A stretch of DNA of 64,000 nt. Origin: Mytilus californianus. Taxonomy: Eukaryota. The first letter of the stretch is position 1, and every line of letters begins with the position of its first letter. Where the stretch lies: NCBI RefSeq assembly GCF_021869535.1, contig NW_026262690.1, positions 18,848,001 to 18,912,000 of the forward strand, read 5' to 3'. The notes below the pieces were generated by a model. The model saw only the letters and a program-made list of their open reading frames with translations. It did no database searches and was not told the origin of the DNA. A program made the position numbers and the translations under genes. Positions 51,358-64,000 of this stretch are shown here, one piece after another.

Positions 51358-51590
51358 AAGAGGGACGAAAGATACCAGAGGGACAGTCAAACTCATAGAT
51401 CGAAAACAAACTGACAACGCCATGGCCAAAAATAAAAAGACAAACAGACAAATAATAGTACAGATGACACAACATAGAAAACCAAAGACTAAGCAACACG
51501 AACCCCACCAAAAACTGGGGGTGATCTCAGGTGCTTCGGAAGGGTAAGCAGATCCTGCTCCACATGTGGCACCCGTCGTGTTGCTTAATA
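51358..51590 (-). repeat. Dispersed repeat family C, best copy
   Basis: GGACGAAAGATACCAGAGGGACAGTCAAACTCATAGATCG...GGCACCCGTCGTGTTGC; partial copies at 775, 16600-16780 and 42070. Confidence 0.8.
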
Positions 51591-52199
51591 GGAGGGCATA
51601 TTTGCCTTGTTATTCAGATCAGAAATATCTGTTAGTGTACTACCAGACTTCCGGTAACCAGTGCGCTGTAATATGCAATTGAAGGTATGTTTAATTTTTC
51701 AGCACAAGTCAGGTTAAGATACAGTTTTGACATTAAAAGACAGTCACTTTATTTGAACTTGAAGCAAAATAGCTATGTATACTTTAAATTGCAGAATTTA
51801 ACACAGAAAGCAATGAGTCTATGAATAAGTGTGTTTTTATTCCTATTAAAATATCTCATAGCGGTTCTAAAACTAGAAATTTGAGTTTAACTGGTTAATG
51901 ACGATAAAGCATGTGAAACTTTGTGTTTTGTGTTGTTTTTGTTTTTTATTATAATAGATAGTGTTATTATCTATCGCACCTTTTAAATCAACAAATAACC
52001 GGTTTATTCGTCCAAAGAATTGCCATTCTGAATGATATTTTTCAAACTGTTTGTTTTACATATTCATTACAGGTTATTAACCACGAATGTTTGACAAAAT
52101 ATTTTTGAATCTTCATAGTCAGCTTGTTGTAAATTGTTAATAATCGAGTATTAATCATTGCTCAGCGTGTTGATTTTATCAAAATGCGTTTGAAGACTA

Positions 52200-54430
52200 T
52201 TTTCGCAATTTGTTGACAGCTAAATGTTGCAGATAACCTTGAAAAATAGTATTTGTCATAAAGCATGTTTGTTTTCCTTTAATATTTCTACAGGAAAGAC
52301 AATAAGTGCTCAGTTCACAATTTTGTTTGTGACATTAAGTGATAAAAGGTGTGTTCGTTAAAATAGACTTAATATAAAAATAAGCGGAGGTGGTATAATT
52401 GCCTGTGATATAACTCTTCACAAGAGACCAATTGAGGTAGAAGGTTTCAAACTATGGGTCACAAACGGCCGTCAATAATGAGAAAACCTATACCACATAG
52501 TATGCTATGAAAAGCCCCGAAATGACAAATGTAAAACAATTCTAAAGGTAAAACTAAACCTGATTGATGTAAGATACAAAAGATGAAAACTAAATATGAT
52601 ATACATCAACAAACGACAACCACTACTTTGTAGACTCCTGACTTGGGACATACATATAAAGAATGTGGCGGGGTTAAACATGTTTCCGAACTCACAAAAA
52701 TCCTCCCTCTAAACTGGATCAGTAAAGAAACAGCACAACATAGAACAATGAGATTGTATTTTTTTTCATTTCATTGTCGTCTTTTTGTTTCTATGAATTA
52801 AATAATCCTGTTATAAAAAGACAGTAAGCAGTTTTTTCACGATTTCTTGCTTTTCGTATACTAATAAAAAAAATATCAAAAACTTTGGACACTACAACAC
52901 AACACATCAAACATTTACACCAAGCAAAGACAAAAAAAAAAAAAAAACACAACAACGACCAAATGGTCCAGATTCATGTAACCTTACATAGAATGGATAT
53001 AAATTCCGTTGGATTCAGCACTCCTTGCCTATCAATACCATATGTCCCAAAAGTGAAATACACACTAAAAACCTGCACATTGCAATTACAAATAAGGTTA
53101 TTTGTATAGAGCTCATTAATTAATATGTGACGTTTTAACTGAGTGTTTCTTTGAATTAACATATTCCTAAAGGTTGTCATCTACCATTGTAGTAATTTCT
53201 GTGAATATTTTCACATCTGTATAAACATGGATTTTATTTTCAATTGTTATTGAGAAGTTATATCCAGTTATTCTAACCCTAATGGTCCTACATCCCGTCG
53301 ATACTTGTATTTTGATATTGCACAATGTCAAACTTTTATTGAACTGCGTGTGACGTATTTATACTAAATCCGATGAAAATGTACTGATGAAAAGGTAAGC
53401 TAGGGTCATTGCGTTGGTTTAAAAAAGCCTTCGTAGTAGATTTCAGTTCATAGCTCCGAGTACTCTTAGATCGGTACGTTGTGCTTTTTTTCTGTTTGTT
53501 AGTTGTTCTTTTGTTGTTTTTTTTTGTACAGTCTGTTTATCTAGTTTTGCGCGCTAACACAAATGTGACATTTTTTATTATCCGGTCCTATGCCAGGGGC
53601 TTGTAGTCAAGTAGTTATCGTTTTCATAACTGTTTTGTTTAACGTTATTAACTTAAATCAAGCAGTGTGTTTCCTCTATTAGTTAGTGTCATAGTCTGTT
53701 ATCTGAGATATTAACCAACTTCCTTTACAGGCTGGGTTTGGCTAATTGTTGAATGACACAAAGTTGTTTACCTTTTTTCATTTATCGTTTTTGGTGAATA
53801 TTTTGTCTTATGTGCAATAATACCTGATGTTGATATTGTTTTCAAACGTTTCATGGTTTCAAACCTTACCAACTTGATTCATTACTGACATTTATAACAC
53901 GACAATTCAAAGCAAAGTAGTTCTACCTTTCTGTAACGCCTGATATATCTTCCAGTTGACCTTGAAATACATTTAACTCAAAAACTTGAATTTCTTAAGT
54001 TTCAGATTTTGTCTTTAACAAATTTAATTTATTGTTTATATCAGTTGTTTATATCGTAATTGAAAGTACAAAAGGTGAACGAAATAGATAAACACATCAA
54101 TATTGTTTTTGTTATAAACAGCAGCTTCAAATATAGTATGTTTCACTGTTTGCTTTATCTTAAAGCATGATGTAAGTGTTGTTTTCATTATTGTGATGAA
54201 ACTTTATGTAGGTTTGATTTGAGTTTCCCGGCAAAAAAAAAAACCCAAAACTAAACTATGAAATAAAACTGATTTTACTAGCAAAATGTGGCTGTTAGAA
54301 ATAACTGATATTCGTGATACCGAAAAGAATTATTTCTTTAAAATTTGAAACCTGGACATTGTATTCCAATATTTATAAATAATGTATGGTATCCACACAT
54401 TGTGACGCTGCATGCATTGAGTGGTAGCTG
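52200..54430 (+). repeat. Older segmental duplication, partner at 57380-59830
   Basis: Shared blocks GTTGACAGCTAAATGTT..GATAACCTTGAA, AACGTTTCATGGTTT..CCTTACCAAC and CCTGGACATTG in the same order; offset 5.2-5.4 kb. Confidence 0.75.
52380..52745 (-). repeat. Repeat family A, diverged copy
   Basis: CTCTTCACAAGAGACCAA..CAAACGACAACCACT..CTCCTGACTTGGGACA..GGCGGGGTTAAACATG. Confidence 0.8.
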
Positions 54431-55576
54431 TATCGATTTTTCCTGTGAAATATGCTTTTTTTTTTCTTTAAACACAATATAACAACGATTTTTTAATTTT
54501 TATTCATTCTAGAGAAACGATGTTAAATCTAGAATAATCAGCTATCTAATTCTCCGGAAGAACGAAATTAAAAAAAATGTTGTTTTCATTTACTAGCACT
54601 GATCATGAGTCGATGCCACTTCTGGTATTGTTATTCCCCGAGAGTATCATCAACTAAGTGGTCAGTGCTTCGGTATTAATATGATGTTTTGAAAACTTTT
54701 CTTAAATTTATCGTTGATAAATTAAGATATTATTAAGTAACCATGGTTCCAACTCCCTAGGGGAAAGTCGATCATTGATGAATTTGACTGTCTTTATGTC
54801 TCTTTTTGGTCATTTACCTCTTCATATGTTAAGATTTTAAAACATCCGTGGCTGTCAAATGTTTGAGTTGGAGAGTTTCCGATGAAGATTAATCCAATAA
54901 TGAGTTTTTGGTTAACAGGATTAAACTAGAGGGTAAAAAGACCGTCTTTTTTTAACACACATACACGATTTATTCCTAAATATTTTCTGTATACAGTTGA
55001 CTTAGTCGTCCAGGCAACAGGCTTAGGATCCCTGTTTACAAAAATGAGCCATGTATCCAGGGGTAATAAAAGGCTAAAAATGTAGTCAATTTTTTACCTT
55101 GGATTTACAATTAGTTTTAAAAATATAACCACATGATATTAGAAGCATATGACTCTATACCTGATTTCAACAATGTTAGTAAATAATATACTCTTTTCAT
55201 AAAACGATACCCACACAAACATGTGCATTGAACGCAACACACATAATAGGCTAAAGTTTTTATATCATTCTAAATAAAAAGTAAAATATAAGAAAAATAA
55301 CTTCGTTTTAAGTTAAAGTTATATTTTCTATCTACATTTTCATGATCACTTACTTCAATTTTGTCTTATCGATGATGTCAATGCATTGAAGAACAACTTT
55401 TATATTAATTTTAAGGTTACATTTCTATTATAAATATCTTGTTGTGCTGTATGTCTATTGTTGTATTCTATTGAATTCCTAATTATTCATAAAGTCCATT
55501 TAGAATATGTAATCATTGTGTTTAGAAAATTGTCATATCTAAATATTCCTGTGTTTATTCCTAACATCATAGATAT

Positions 55577-55985
55577 AAGAAGATGTGGTATGAGTGCCAA
55601 TGAGACAACTCTCCATCCAAGTCACAATTTGTAAAATTAAACCATTATAAGTCAAATTACGGCCTTCAACACGGAGCCTTGGCTCACACCGAACAGCAAG
55701 CTATAAAGGACCCCAAAAATTACTAATGTAAAACCATTCAAACAGGAAAACCAACGGTCTAATCTATATAAAAAACGACCCTATGAACCACATCAACAAA
55801 CGACAACCACTGAACATCAGGTTCCTGACTTAGGATAGGTGCAAACAAATGCAGCGGGTTTAAACTTTTTAATAGGCGCCAACCTTCACCCTACCTGAAA
55901 CAAGAGTGTAACTTTACAACATTGAAAGACACACTATAAAATATCAATTGGAATGGTTTAACTCAATGAAAAGACATATTAACAA
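55577..55985 (-). repeat. Repeat family A, subfamily shared with 36270 and 41280
   Basis: AAGAAGATGTGGTATGAGTGCCAATGAGACAACTCTCC..ACGGAGCCTTGGCTCACACCGAACAGC. Confidence 0.85.
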
Positions 55986-55994
55986 AAACAAGTT

Positions 55995-56345
55995 CTATGT
56001 AAAAATATAGGTGTCATCTGCAAACATACATCATTTAATTTCTATAAAGTTCCTCCTTCTCCTGGAAATTTTAAGCCTTCTATTTCAATGTTACCCCTAA
56101 TTGCAAATACCATGGGTTCGGCCTGTATGATATACAAAAGAGGTGCTATTGGAAATCCTTACCTAGCTGAGCGAAAATCGAAAAGTAACTTGATACTTAT
56201 CCATTTATTTAAGACACAAAGTAACATTATATAATAGAATATTGATCCAGCCTCTAGATTTCCCCACAAATTCAAAATTCTCCAGTACGAAATTAATCCA
56301 TTCCAAACTAAATGTTATTGTTATATAGATATGCATCTTCATGGG
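55995..56345 (-). pseudogene. Degenerate L1/Tx1 RT fragment
   Basis: SLEWINFVLENF..WINIL, IAPLLYIIQAEPM.FAIR..IEG, MFADDTYIF. Confidence 0.8.
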
Positions 56346-57045
56346 TCCACAATCTGTCGATACCTGTATTTTGGCATAACACAAGGTCATGTTTTTTCTT
56401 TGACTGTTAATGACGTCTTAACACTAAATCCATTGGATGTTGGATTTTTACTGATCGATTGTCTAGTCTTAGATACATTATTTTTTTTATTAGTTGTTAA
56501 TTGCTTTGAACAATCTGTCATTAGCTCCGAGTACTCTCAGATCCTGTACTTAGTGTCTTTTTTGTTGTGGAGATATATTATACCATGTTACGTCCGGTCT
56601 GTGTTTTTGTTAGTTGTTTTTTTTCTGCTTTGTTCTGATTAGTTAAGCCTTTTTCAACTGACTTTCATAGTTTGTTCTTATGTTTTACTCTTAGACCAAT
56701 GTCCCAGGTCAAGGGAGGGGGTTTGCGCGCCAGCAAACATGTTTAACCCCGCCACATTCTGTATGTGTCTGTCTCAAGTCAGGAGCCTGTAATTCAGTGG
56801 TTGTCGTTTGTTGCTGTATATCATATTTGTTTTTCGTTCATTATTTTGTACATAAATCAGGCCGTTATTTTTTCTCGTTTTAATTTCTTTACATTTGTCA
56901 TATCGGGGCCTTTTATAGTTGACTATGCGGTATGGGTTTTGTTCATTATTGAAGGCCGTACGGTGATCTATAATTGTTAACTGATATGTCATTTGGTCTC
57001 TTGTGGAGAGTTGTCTCATTCGCAATCATATCACATCTTCTTATT
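56345..57045 (+). repeat. Repeat family A, long form
   Basis: Reverse complement of 24039-24740 over ~700 bp. Confidence 0.88.
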
Positions 57046-57510
57046 TTTAGATCTAGAAAAATCGTAATTATACGATTGTACGTATTTGCCTGTGTATTTA
57101 TATTTATAAGTATGTTTACATCAGGTCATATGACCTACGGAATTCATCAGAGATCATCTCGATGGGTAATAAGATGGCGTCCATTCTAAAATACACACGA
57201 AAAGTTGATACATTATAACGAGTCTATGCATTGTAAATTGTTTCCTCTTTGTAATTTGGATAGGCGTTTTAGTATTTGTTATCAATAAAATATGAGATTT
57301 TGAGTCGAATCGGTGAACATTATTTTGACAGCTAATGTCCGTTCATTTCATCAACATTAGTATTGAAGACAATACTCTCAATCTGTTGACAGCTAAATGT
57401 TTATGATAACCTTGAAGTAGGTTATTTTGTAATAAAGCAATATTTGAGTGTATCTACCTTTTTACATTTGTACACGAAAGACAAGGTGAACAGTTTACCA
57501 TTATGTGTGA

Positions 57511-57952
57511 GATATTTATCAATTATGGACTTTTGACGAGGTCAATACGTTATATATGGACCTGTTCAGATTGTATTGACGGAGGACGAAGTCCGAGTGT
57601 CAATTTAATCTTACAGGTCCATATATACCGTATTGACTGAGTGAAAGTCCTTAATTCTTATATTACATATGTAAATAATGTATTAGGAAAATGGACTTCA
57701 ATGTTCTATCTGTGTATTTTTAAATTGTATATTGCAAGATTTTTACATGACATTGAAAATATCACTAGATAAGATGAACTTGTTTTTATTGTAAACAAAA
57801 ACACAGTATATTTGTTTTTTTTTTTTTAATTTCTGTTTTAATTTAAATAAGAATTCAAATTATATAATTTTCGTCTGCTGCGGTCACTATAATCTGAACA
57901 GGTCCATATATAACGTATTGACCTCGTCAAAAGTCCATAATTGATAAATATC
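57511..57952. mobile_element. 442-bp element with perfect 62-bp TIRs and an extra internal inverted copy
   Basis: 57511-57572 is the exact reverse complement of 57891-57952; a degenerate third copy lies at ~57601-57660; possible TA TSD. Confidence 0.85.
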
Positions 57953-58310
57953 ACTCTCGTTTCTTTCGTTTCTTTCTGTTGTTTAAATAAAACTTAAGAC
58001 TATATTTGTTTACCATTTTTCTTAACGTTTTAATTCTATTGTCGCCTTTTAATTTGTTCTTGCTTTCATCATACTAATACAAGATCACATCAAAATGGAA
58101 AACATACAAAAAATATTAGACAGTACAATAAAACACATCAACCAATAACACTCAGCTACTATAAAACCGTAGAAACAAAGACAAACAACAACGACCAACA
58201 TATTGGTCAGATAGCCTGTTATAGGACAGACACATAATCAGTTGGATTTAAACCAGTTTTAGTTCGTAAAATACACAATAAAAACCTGGACATTGCAATA
58301 TGCTCATAAA

Positions 58311-59140
58311 TTGCACAATTATCAAATTTTTCTCAAACTGCTTGTGACGTATTTACATTTAATCCGTTGGAGATGTAGTGATGGATATTTCAGCCTGCGA
58401 GAACATGGCCAATGCAATGGTTGAAATAAGCATTGGAAGTAGCTTTCGGCGCGTATCACCAATCACTCTTAAATCGATACTTTGTAGCTTTTTATGATTT
58501 TTTAGTTGCTGTTTTTTTTTTCATAATACAATTTTGTATGCGTTAGCCATTTCCAACTGATGTTTTCTGTCTGTTCTGTAGTTGAGCCGTTTTACAACTT
58601 TTAAAGTTTCAAAAATGATTGCACACTCAAACACATGTCCTATTCTTTTAATGCCTATGCCAGGAGCCTGTTTATAGCTTTCTATACGGCATGGGTTTTG
58701 CAAAATTTTGAAAGCCGTATGACGTTCCTTACTTATATTTGTTTGTTGCACAATTATCAAATATTTTCAAACTGCTTGTGAAGTATTTACATTTAATCCT
58801 TTGCGGATGTAGTGATGGATATTTGAGCCTGCGAAAACATGGTCAATGAAATGGTTAAAATAAGTAGCTTTCACAGCGTAGCACCAATTACTCTTAGATC
58901 GATACTTTGTGTCTTTTTACGATGTGTTAGTTACTTTATTTTATAATACAATTGTAATACGTTAGCCATTTCCAACTGATGTTTCCGTCTGTTCTATCCA
59001 TGAGCCGTTTAACCAATTTTTAAAGTTTTGAAAACGGTTGCGCACTCAAACACATGACGTATTCTTTTAATACGTATGCCAGGAGCCTGTTATAGCTCTC
59101 TATACGGCATGGGCTTTGCAAAATTTTGAAAGCCGTATGA
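58311..59140 (+). repeat. Local tandem duplication of ~420 bp (58311-58722 and 58746-59140)
   Basis: TTGCACAATTATCAAAT...GAAAGCCGTATGA occurs twice. Confidence 0.88.
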
Positions 59141-59829
59141 AGACACGTAGTTGTTTACCTTCTTTTAATATTTTGGTGAAAAGTTGTCTTATTTGCAATT
59201 GTATCCGATTTTCATAATGTTTTACGAACGTTTCATGGTTTTCAACCTTACCAACCTGATTCATTACTAAGTTTTATCACATGACAATTCAGAGCAAAGT
59301 ATTTTTACCTTTCTTCAAGACCTGATGGTTATATCTTCCAGTTGATATTGTACTTCATATTACGAATAAACTTGAATTTCTTTTAAGTTTCAGATTTTAT
59401 ATTTAATTTACTGTTTGATATCAGTTGTTTGTATTGTAATTGAAAGAACAGAAGTTTCGAATGAAAAGGTGTGAAAAAAGATACATCAATATTGTTTTTG
59501 TGATTAACATCAGCTGCAAACATATTATTTTGCACTGTAGGATTTTTCACAAAAGCATGAACAAGTGTTGTTTTCCTTATTGTGATAAAATCTTTTTGTC
59601 AGTTTCATTTTAGTTTCCCGCCAAAAAAAACCAAACAAAATAAACTTACCACTGAATTTACAAACAAAGTGTGGCTGTCATAGTGTCGTTTTATTCACAA
59701 CTATTATCGTGATACTGAAAACAAAATATATGTTTTTAAATTTAAAATATGGACATTGTGTCACAATATTTGTAAATTAGTGTATGATACCCTCACATTG
59801 GGACGCTACTTGTATAAAGTGGCCGCTGT

Positions 59830-60240
59830 ATCGAAAACTAACGGCCTGATTTATGTACAAAACAATAATGGCAGACAAAATACGATGTACAGAAACAATT
59901 TACTAATAACAAAATCAATATCTATACAGACAAATACAATATTCAAAGATCTAAATAATACAGCGTTGAATTTGTGATCGTCTGGAAGAAGTCTATTTAT
60001 TAAAGGATAGATAAGTTTCCCGAATCGTATCTTAATTTACGGGCTCTGTAAAAATATGGATGTGCTATCCCATTTAGTTTGTTCATGTAATATTCGATAC
60101 ATGTATTTTTTTAGAGCAAACTTCATTGTTTCTGACAGGAATTTCTTCTGAGGCTGATGCTTTAATTCCTGAAGTTGATTTGATATTTGGTTCACCAAAG
60201 TGCCTAGTGCGGTGATTAGCACAGACGAGGACTAATTGAA
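59830..60240 (-). pseudogene. Degenerate Penelope-like RT C-terminus with start of tail
   Basis: Similar to 24800-25000 (GGATGTGCTATCC, GATAAGTTTCCC, AAAGATCTAA). Confidence 0.7.
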
Positions 60241-61884
60241 AATCTAAATGTTAGCCTACTAATGATTGATGAATTTCATACCATTGCCGCTTGCTGTAGC
60301 CGCATCATACAAAGCCATTACAATTCTAAGAGAACTGTCGTACAACAAATTTTTAACAATTGATTGAGCTTAATCATTTGCGCTTTTTTGAAGAGCAGTA
60401 GACTATAGAATAAAGATGTTAAAGTGTGGAGTTATTAAATGTTTGCAAAGTGAATTTCCAGAGAATTTAATTCAGTGAAAATCATTTTACTTATTGAAGA
60501 CACATATCACAGGGCTTTACAGTTCTTGTTTTATTTCAGCCCAAACTTTAACATCATACGTGAAAATATCTTAGCCTCACAATGAGCCAGTATACATGTA
60601 CATATAATAGACATAGTAGATCATAGTTATCGAGGCAAAGGCTACTATTATCACATACCTGAAACAATTTTCAGAAAAAGGCCAATGTGTGTTTTTAATT
60701 TAACTTTCTATAAATAAAAATAATTCTGATGTTACATCATTTTTGGTTTGAAATTATGTATATTAAACAGTTTCAGGACAATGAGAGAAGGTACACAGGA
60801 GACTTGAATGTGGGTTTGAAAAAAACACCAATGTTCTTATTCCTAATGTTCTAAACATGTACATTCTGATTGTCTGAAGCAAAAATGTTGAATAAAGTGA
60901 ACTAAATCTTGAGGTACAATATAAAAGTACAGGAAATGTTTTTCAATGAGCAATGAAACAGCAAACCATCAATGGACGAGGATGCAAACAATAGGTCATT
61001 ATACAGGCTTCTAACAACAGACAGCAACCATTCTACAGATTCCAGTATAAAATAAGATGTGATATGTTTGCCAATGAAGCAAATGTTCACTCGATACCAA
61101 ATAACATATATACTATAAGTCAACATAGTGCATTCAACAATGAGCCAAATCTATACCCTGTAGCAAGCTTCCTACATAAAATGCCACTAAATGACAAATG
61201 TATAACAATTAAAACAAGAGAAAACTAACAATCTGTCTAAAGCCAGTCCCCACTATCCACTTCTGTGTGTAGGGCCTGTAGAACAGAATATTGATGCTGG
61301 ATTGAAAAACTAACAGCCTATTCAAACAATTAACGAAAAACAAGTCTGATTAAAAACAGATCCTGTGTCCACACTTTTGCTTACAAGGACAACACTCTAT
61401 CTTATTTCTGTTCTAGTAATTGTTACATCAGTCAATGAATTTCAGCCTTCAAATTTTTGAATTTTCCTTGGAGTACGTTATTTTTGTTATTTTACTGTTT
61501 TTTTCATTACAACAAAACCAGAGGATCCATAAAGGTCTTTCAAACAGAAAGTAAAAAAAGGAGTGCTGTCAGATGCTTGTAAGCAAAGGTTCGACACATG
61601 ATTTGTATTTTAATCAGACTGTGGACTCAACTCACCAGATTAGTACTTATAAGCACAAACACATCCAGAAAATAAACCAACATCATGATGAATGACACAC
61701 GTTCTTATTTAAAAGAACATGACCAATGACACAAGTACTTATTTGAAAGTTCTTGCAGTGACTTAACTTTCAAATCCCAATTTCAGCTTATAGATAAACA
61801 ATGTTTTCTATGACTAAACTTAATGGAGTGTAACGACGTCATAAGCTATCACTACAAACCAGTAAAAGTCTGAAATGGCCTATA

Positions 61885-62170
61885 TTTGTACTCGACTGAA
61901 CTGATTTTTACTCGACCAGTCTGAATTGGTCTGAAATTTACTTGATATTACTCGACTGTAGTCTGAACCATACTAAACAGTCTGAACTTGTACTCGACCT
62001 TTACTCGACCAGTACTTAACCATTTTATACGAGTCTGAACCATACTCGACATAGTCTTAACCATTCTCGACCAAGTCTGAACCATGCTCGACCTAGTCTG
62101 AACCATACTCGACCTAGTCTGAACCATACTCGACCTAGTCTGAACCATACTCGACCAAGTCTTAACCAAC
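61885..62170. repeat. 21-bp tandem repeat, about 12 degenerate units
   Basis: Direct reading of the sequence. Confidence 0.92.
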
Positions 62171-63107
62171 CTAGACCTATTTTTTGTATCTATCTATATT
62201 ATTTTTTCATTAATTTAGGAACTGTTATTCATATATATATATATATATAAAATGTATATCACATTTAAAATTAAAATAAAACAAGGTGATCAAATTTCTG
62301 GTTGGATTAAAAAAATATCATGTAATAAATTAAGTTCGTTAAATGAATTTTCATATACATGATATCATGTTCACATTGATTTATGCATCAAAAATACTAT
62401 AACTTTCAACCATTATTCAAATATCTTAAATGTTATTCAATGTTTTTTTTATCAAAATATATATAAAATAGTATATAAAGCAACTTAATAAATGTTAGAA
62501 TTGACACCTTTGTTTTGTAAAATCAAAAATTTAATATAATAATAATAATAAAACTTTCATCTTTTTATCCTTGATAACCTTTTAAAAAAGGAAATGTATT
62601 CCAAAGTTGCAGTAGAAATTTATTTTAATTAAATTTAAATACGTTTTGTCAAAATTAAAGACATGGCATACAAGAAGCAGTTTAATAAGGTTTAATGGTT
62701 TAATTACCTCAGTACAGGTGTTTTACAGGTAAAAAGAAAACCATATTTTTCTTAAACTCGTGTATTACTTATCTAGTGAATTCAAAGGCCTTGTTATTTA
62801 AGTTTTACAGGATGTTGTAATTTTCAATGGATGTTATTAAAATTTATTACTCTCTGACCAGGTGTGATCTTTTTAATCAGTGTGCGTCAAGCAGGATGTA
62901 TTACTTTATAGTTTACCCCTAATCAGAAGAAAAATATTATTCATTTCTTGAATTTTTTATCCCTTTTAAAATATATATATATCCCAAATTATGAATAGGA
63001 ATAGATATATTTCTGATATAAGGTTAAACAATGTCAGTGATTTTGTTGGCTGTTATTACCTCATTAAAAAGATAGTTATATAACTATTGTATATAACCAT
63101 GAAACCT

Positions 63108-63515
63108 AAGTACAGAAAGTCATAGGACAGAAAGTCACAAATTTGATAGGACAAAAAGTCACAAATAATTTGTATACAATTGATTGAATATTTATGAGAA
63201 AGATCTTGAAATGTTTACTTTTTATGACACATATTCATTTTACAGTTTAGGAAATTGTTCATAAGACTTAATTTGATAAATAAAGATTTATAAAATTTTA
63301 ATCATGCAAAGGATATATTTCTTGGCACCATGAAGCCATTTAAGTACCAAGACATTGTAACATTTTGTTTTCTTAACAATTATTTGATCACTATTGATAT
63401 TGTTTCAAGAAAAATACAAAAATGTTTTTTTAAAAATAAGTGTTCTATTGTTCAAAGAAAAATAACCTCAAAACTGAATTGTGACTTTTTGTCCTGTGAC
63501 TTTCTGTCCTACATT
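63108..63515. mobile_element. Small MITE with ~35-bp TIRs built of GGACA(G/A)AAAGTCACA units
   Basis: Left TACAGAAAGTCATAGGACAGAAAGTCACA; right TGTGACTTTTTGTCCTGTGACTTTCTGTCCT. Confidence 0.65.
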
Positions 63516-64000
63516 CGTTTTTATTTAGGAATTTAGGAAAATCAAGTTTTGTTTAAAAAAAAAACACATGCCAAACAAAAAACACCTTATTTTTAATAAG
63601 GTTTTATTACCCTCAGTATAGGTGTGGTTTTCAGGTAAAACAAGTCTTTTATTTAACAAGACTCAGACTTTAAAATTAGATAATTTAACTATCTCGATTT
63701 GCCAAATCTAAGAGAATCATGTATTATTAAAGAATGTAAAAAATGTTTTTATATATATCTTTATTTAATTGTGGCTGTTGTCATGTAAGTTAAAGAGAAA
63801 GTTATTTAAACAATCAAAATTATAAAGCAGAGGTTATTTGGTAAAGTATGGTTCAGACTGGTCGAGTATTGTTCAGACCTTTGGTCGAGTATGGTTCAGA
63901 CTGAAAAAATAGGTCGAAAGCTGGTCGAGTACTGGTCCAGACTGGGTTAAGACTGTTTCAGACTGGTCGAGTAATAGTTTAGACTATTTTCAATAGCAAA

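Larger units (their letters stand above)
61850..64000. mobile_element. Probable CACTA/EnSpm-like non-autonomous element; right end not seen
   Basis: Starts CACTACAAACC; 21-bp subterminal repeats (CCATACTCGACCTAGTCTGAA) at 61885-62170 and the same motif inverted at 63845-63985. Confidence 0.6.

Noticed and set aside
61948-62169. MVQTRSS-repeat protein
   Set aside because: Translation artefact of the 21-bp tandem repeat.

Overview
AT-rich eukaryotic, repeat-dominated window. The repeat families look like those of a bivalve such as Mytilus; this is recalled from memory and was not checked. No rRNA, tRNA, CRISPR array or prokaryotic operon is visible. Main contents: (1) A decayed Ngaro/DIRS-type tyrosine-recombinase retrotransposon (1858-10198) with a complete split-direct-repeat layout (A1-ORFs-B1-A2-B2) and gag, RT/RNaseH, methyltransferase and YR remnants. 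(2) Its RT is split by a 3455-bp insertion (3006-6460) with ~415-bp terminal inverted repeats, CACTGTG...CACAGTG termini and an exact 5-bp GGTAT target duplication, which is the end signature of Transib/RAG-like transposons. (3) A 40-bp tandem array with higher-order structure (11.0-12.8 kb). (4) Many Penelope-like retroelement relics, whose 3' tail appears to be the most abundant dispersed repeat here. (5) A decayed L1/Tx1 LINE (28.6-33.2 kb) carrying a SINE with a 14-bp TSD. (6) A cluster of direct and inverted segmental duplications (17-20, 33-50 and 52-60 kb) containing two intact paralogous ankyrin-repeat ORFs, the only plausible host genes. (7) Several small inverted-repeat elements and a probable CACTA element running off the right edge.
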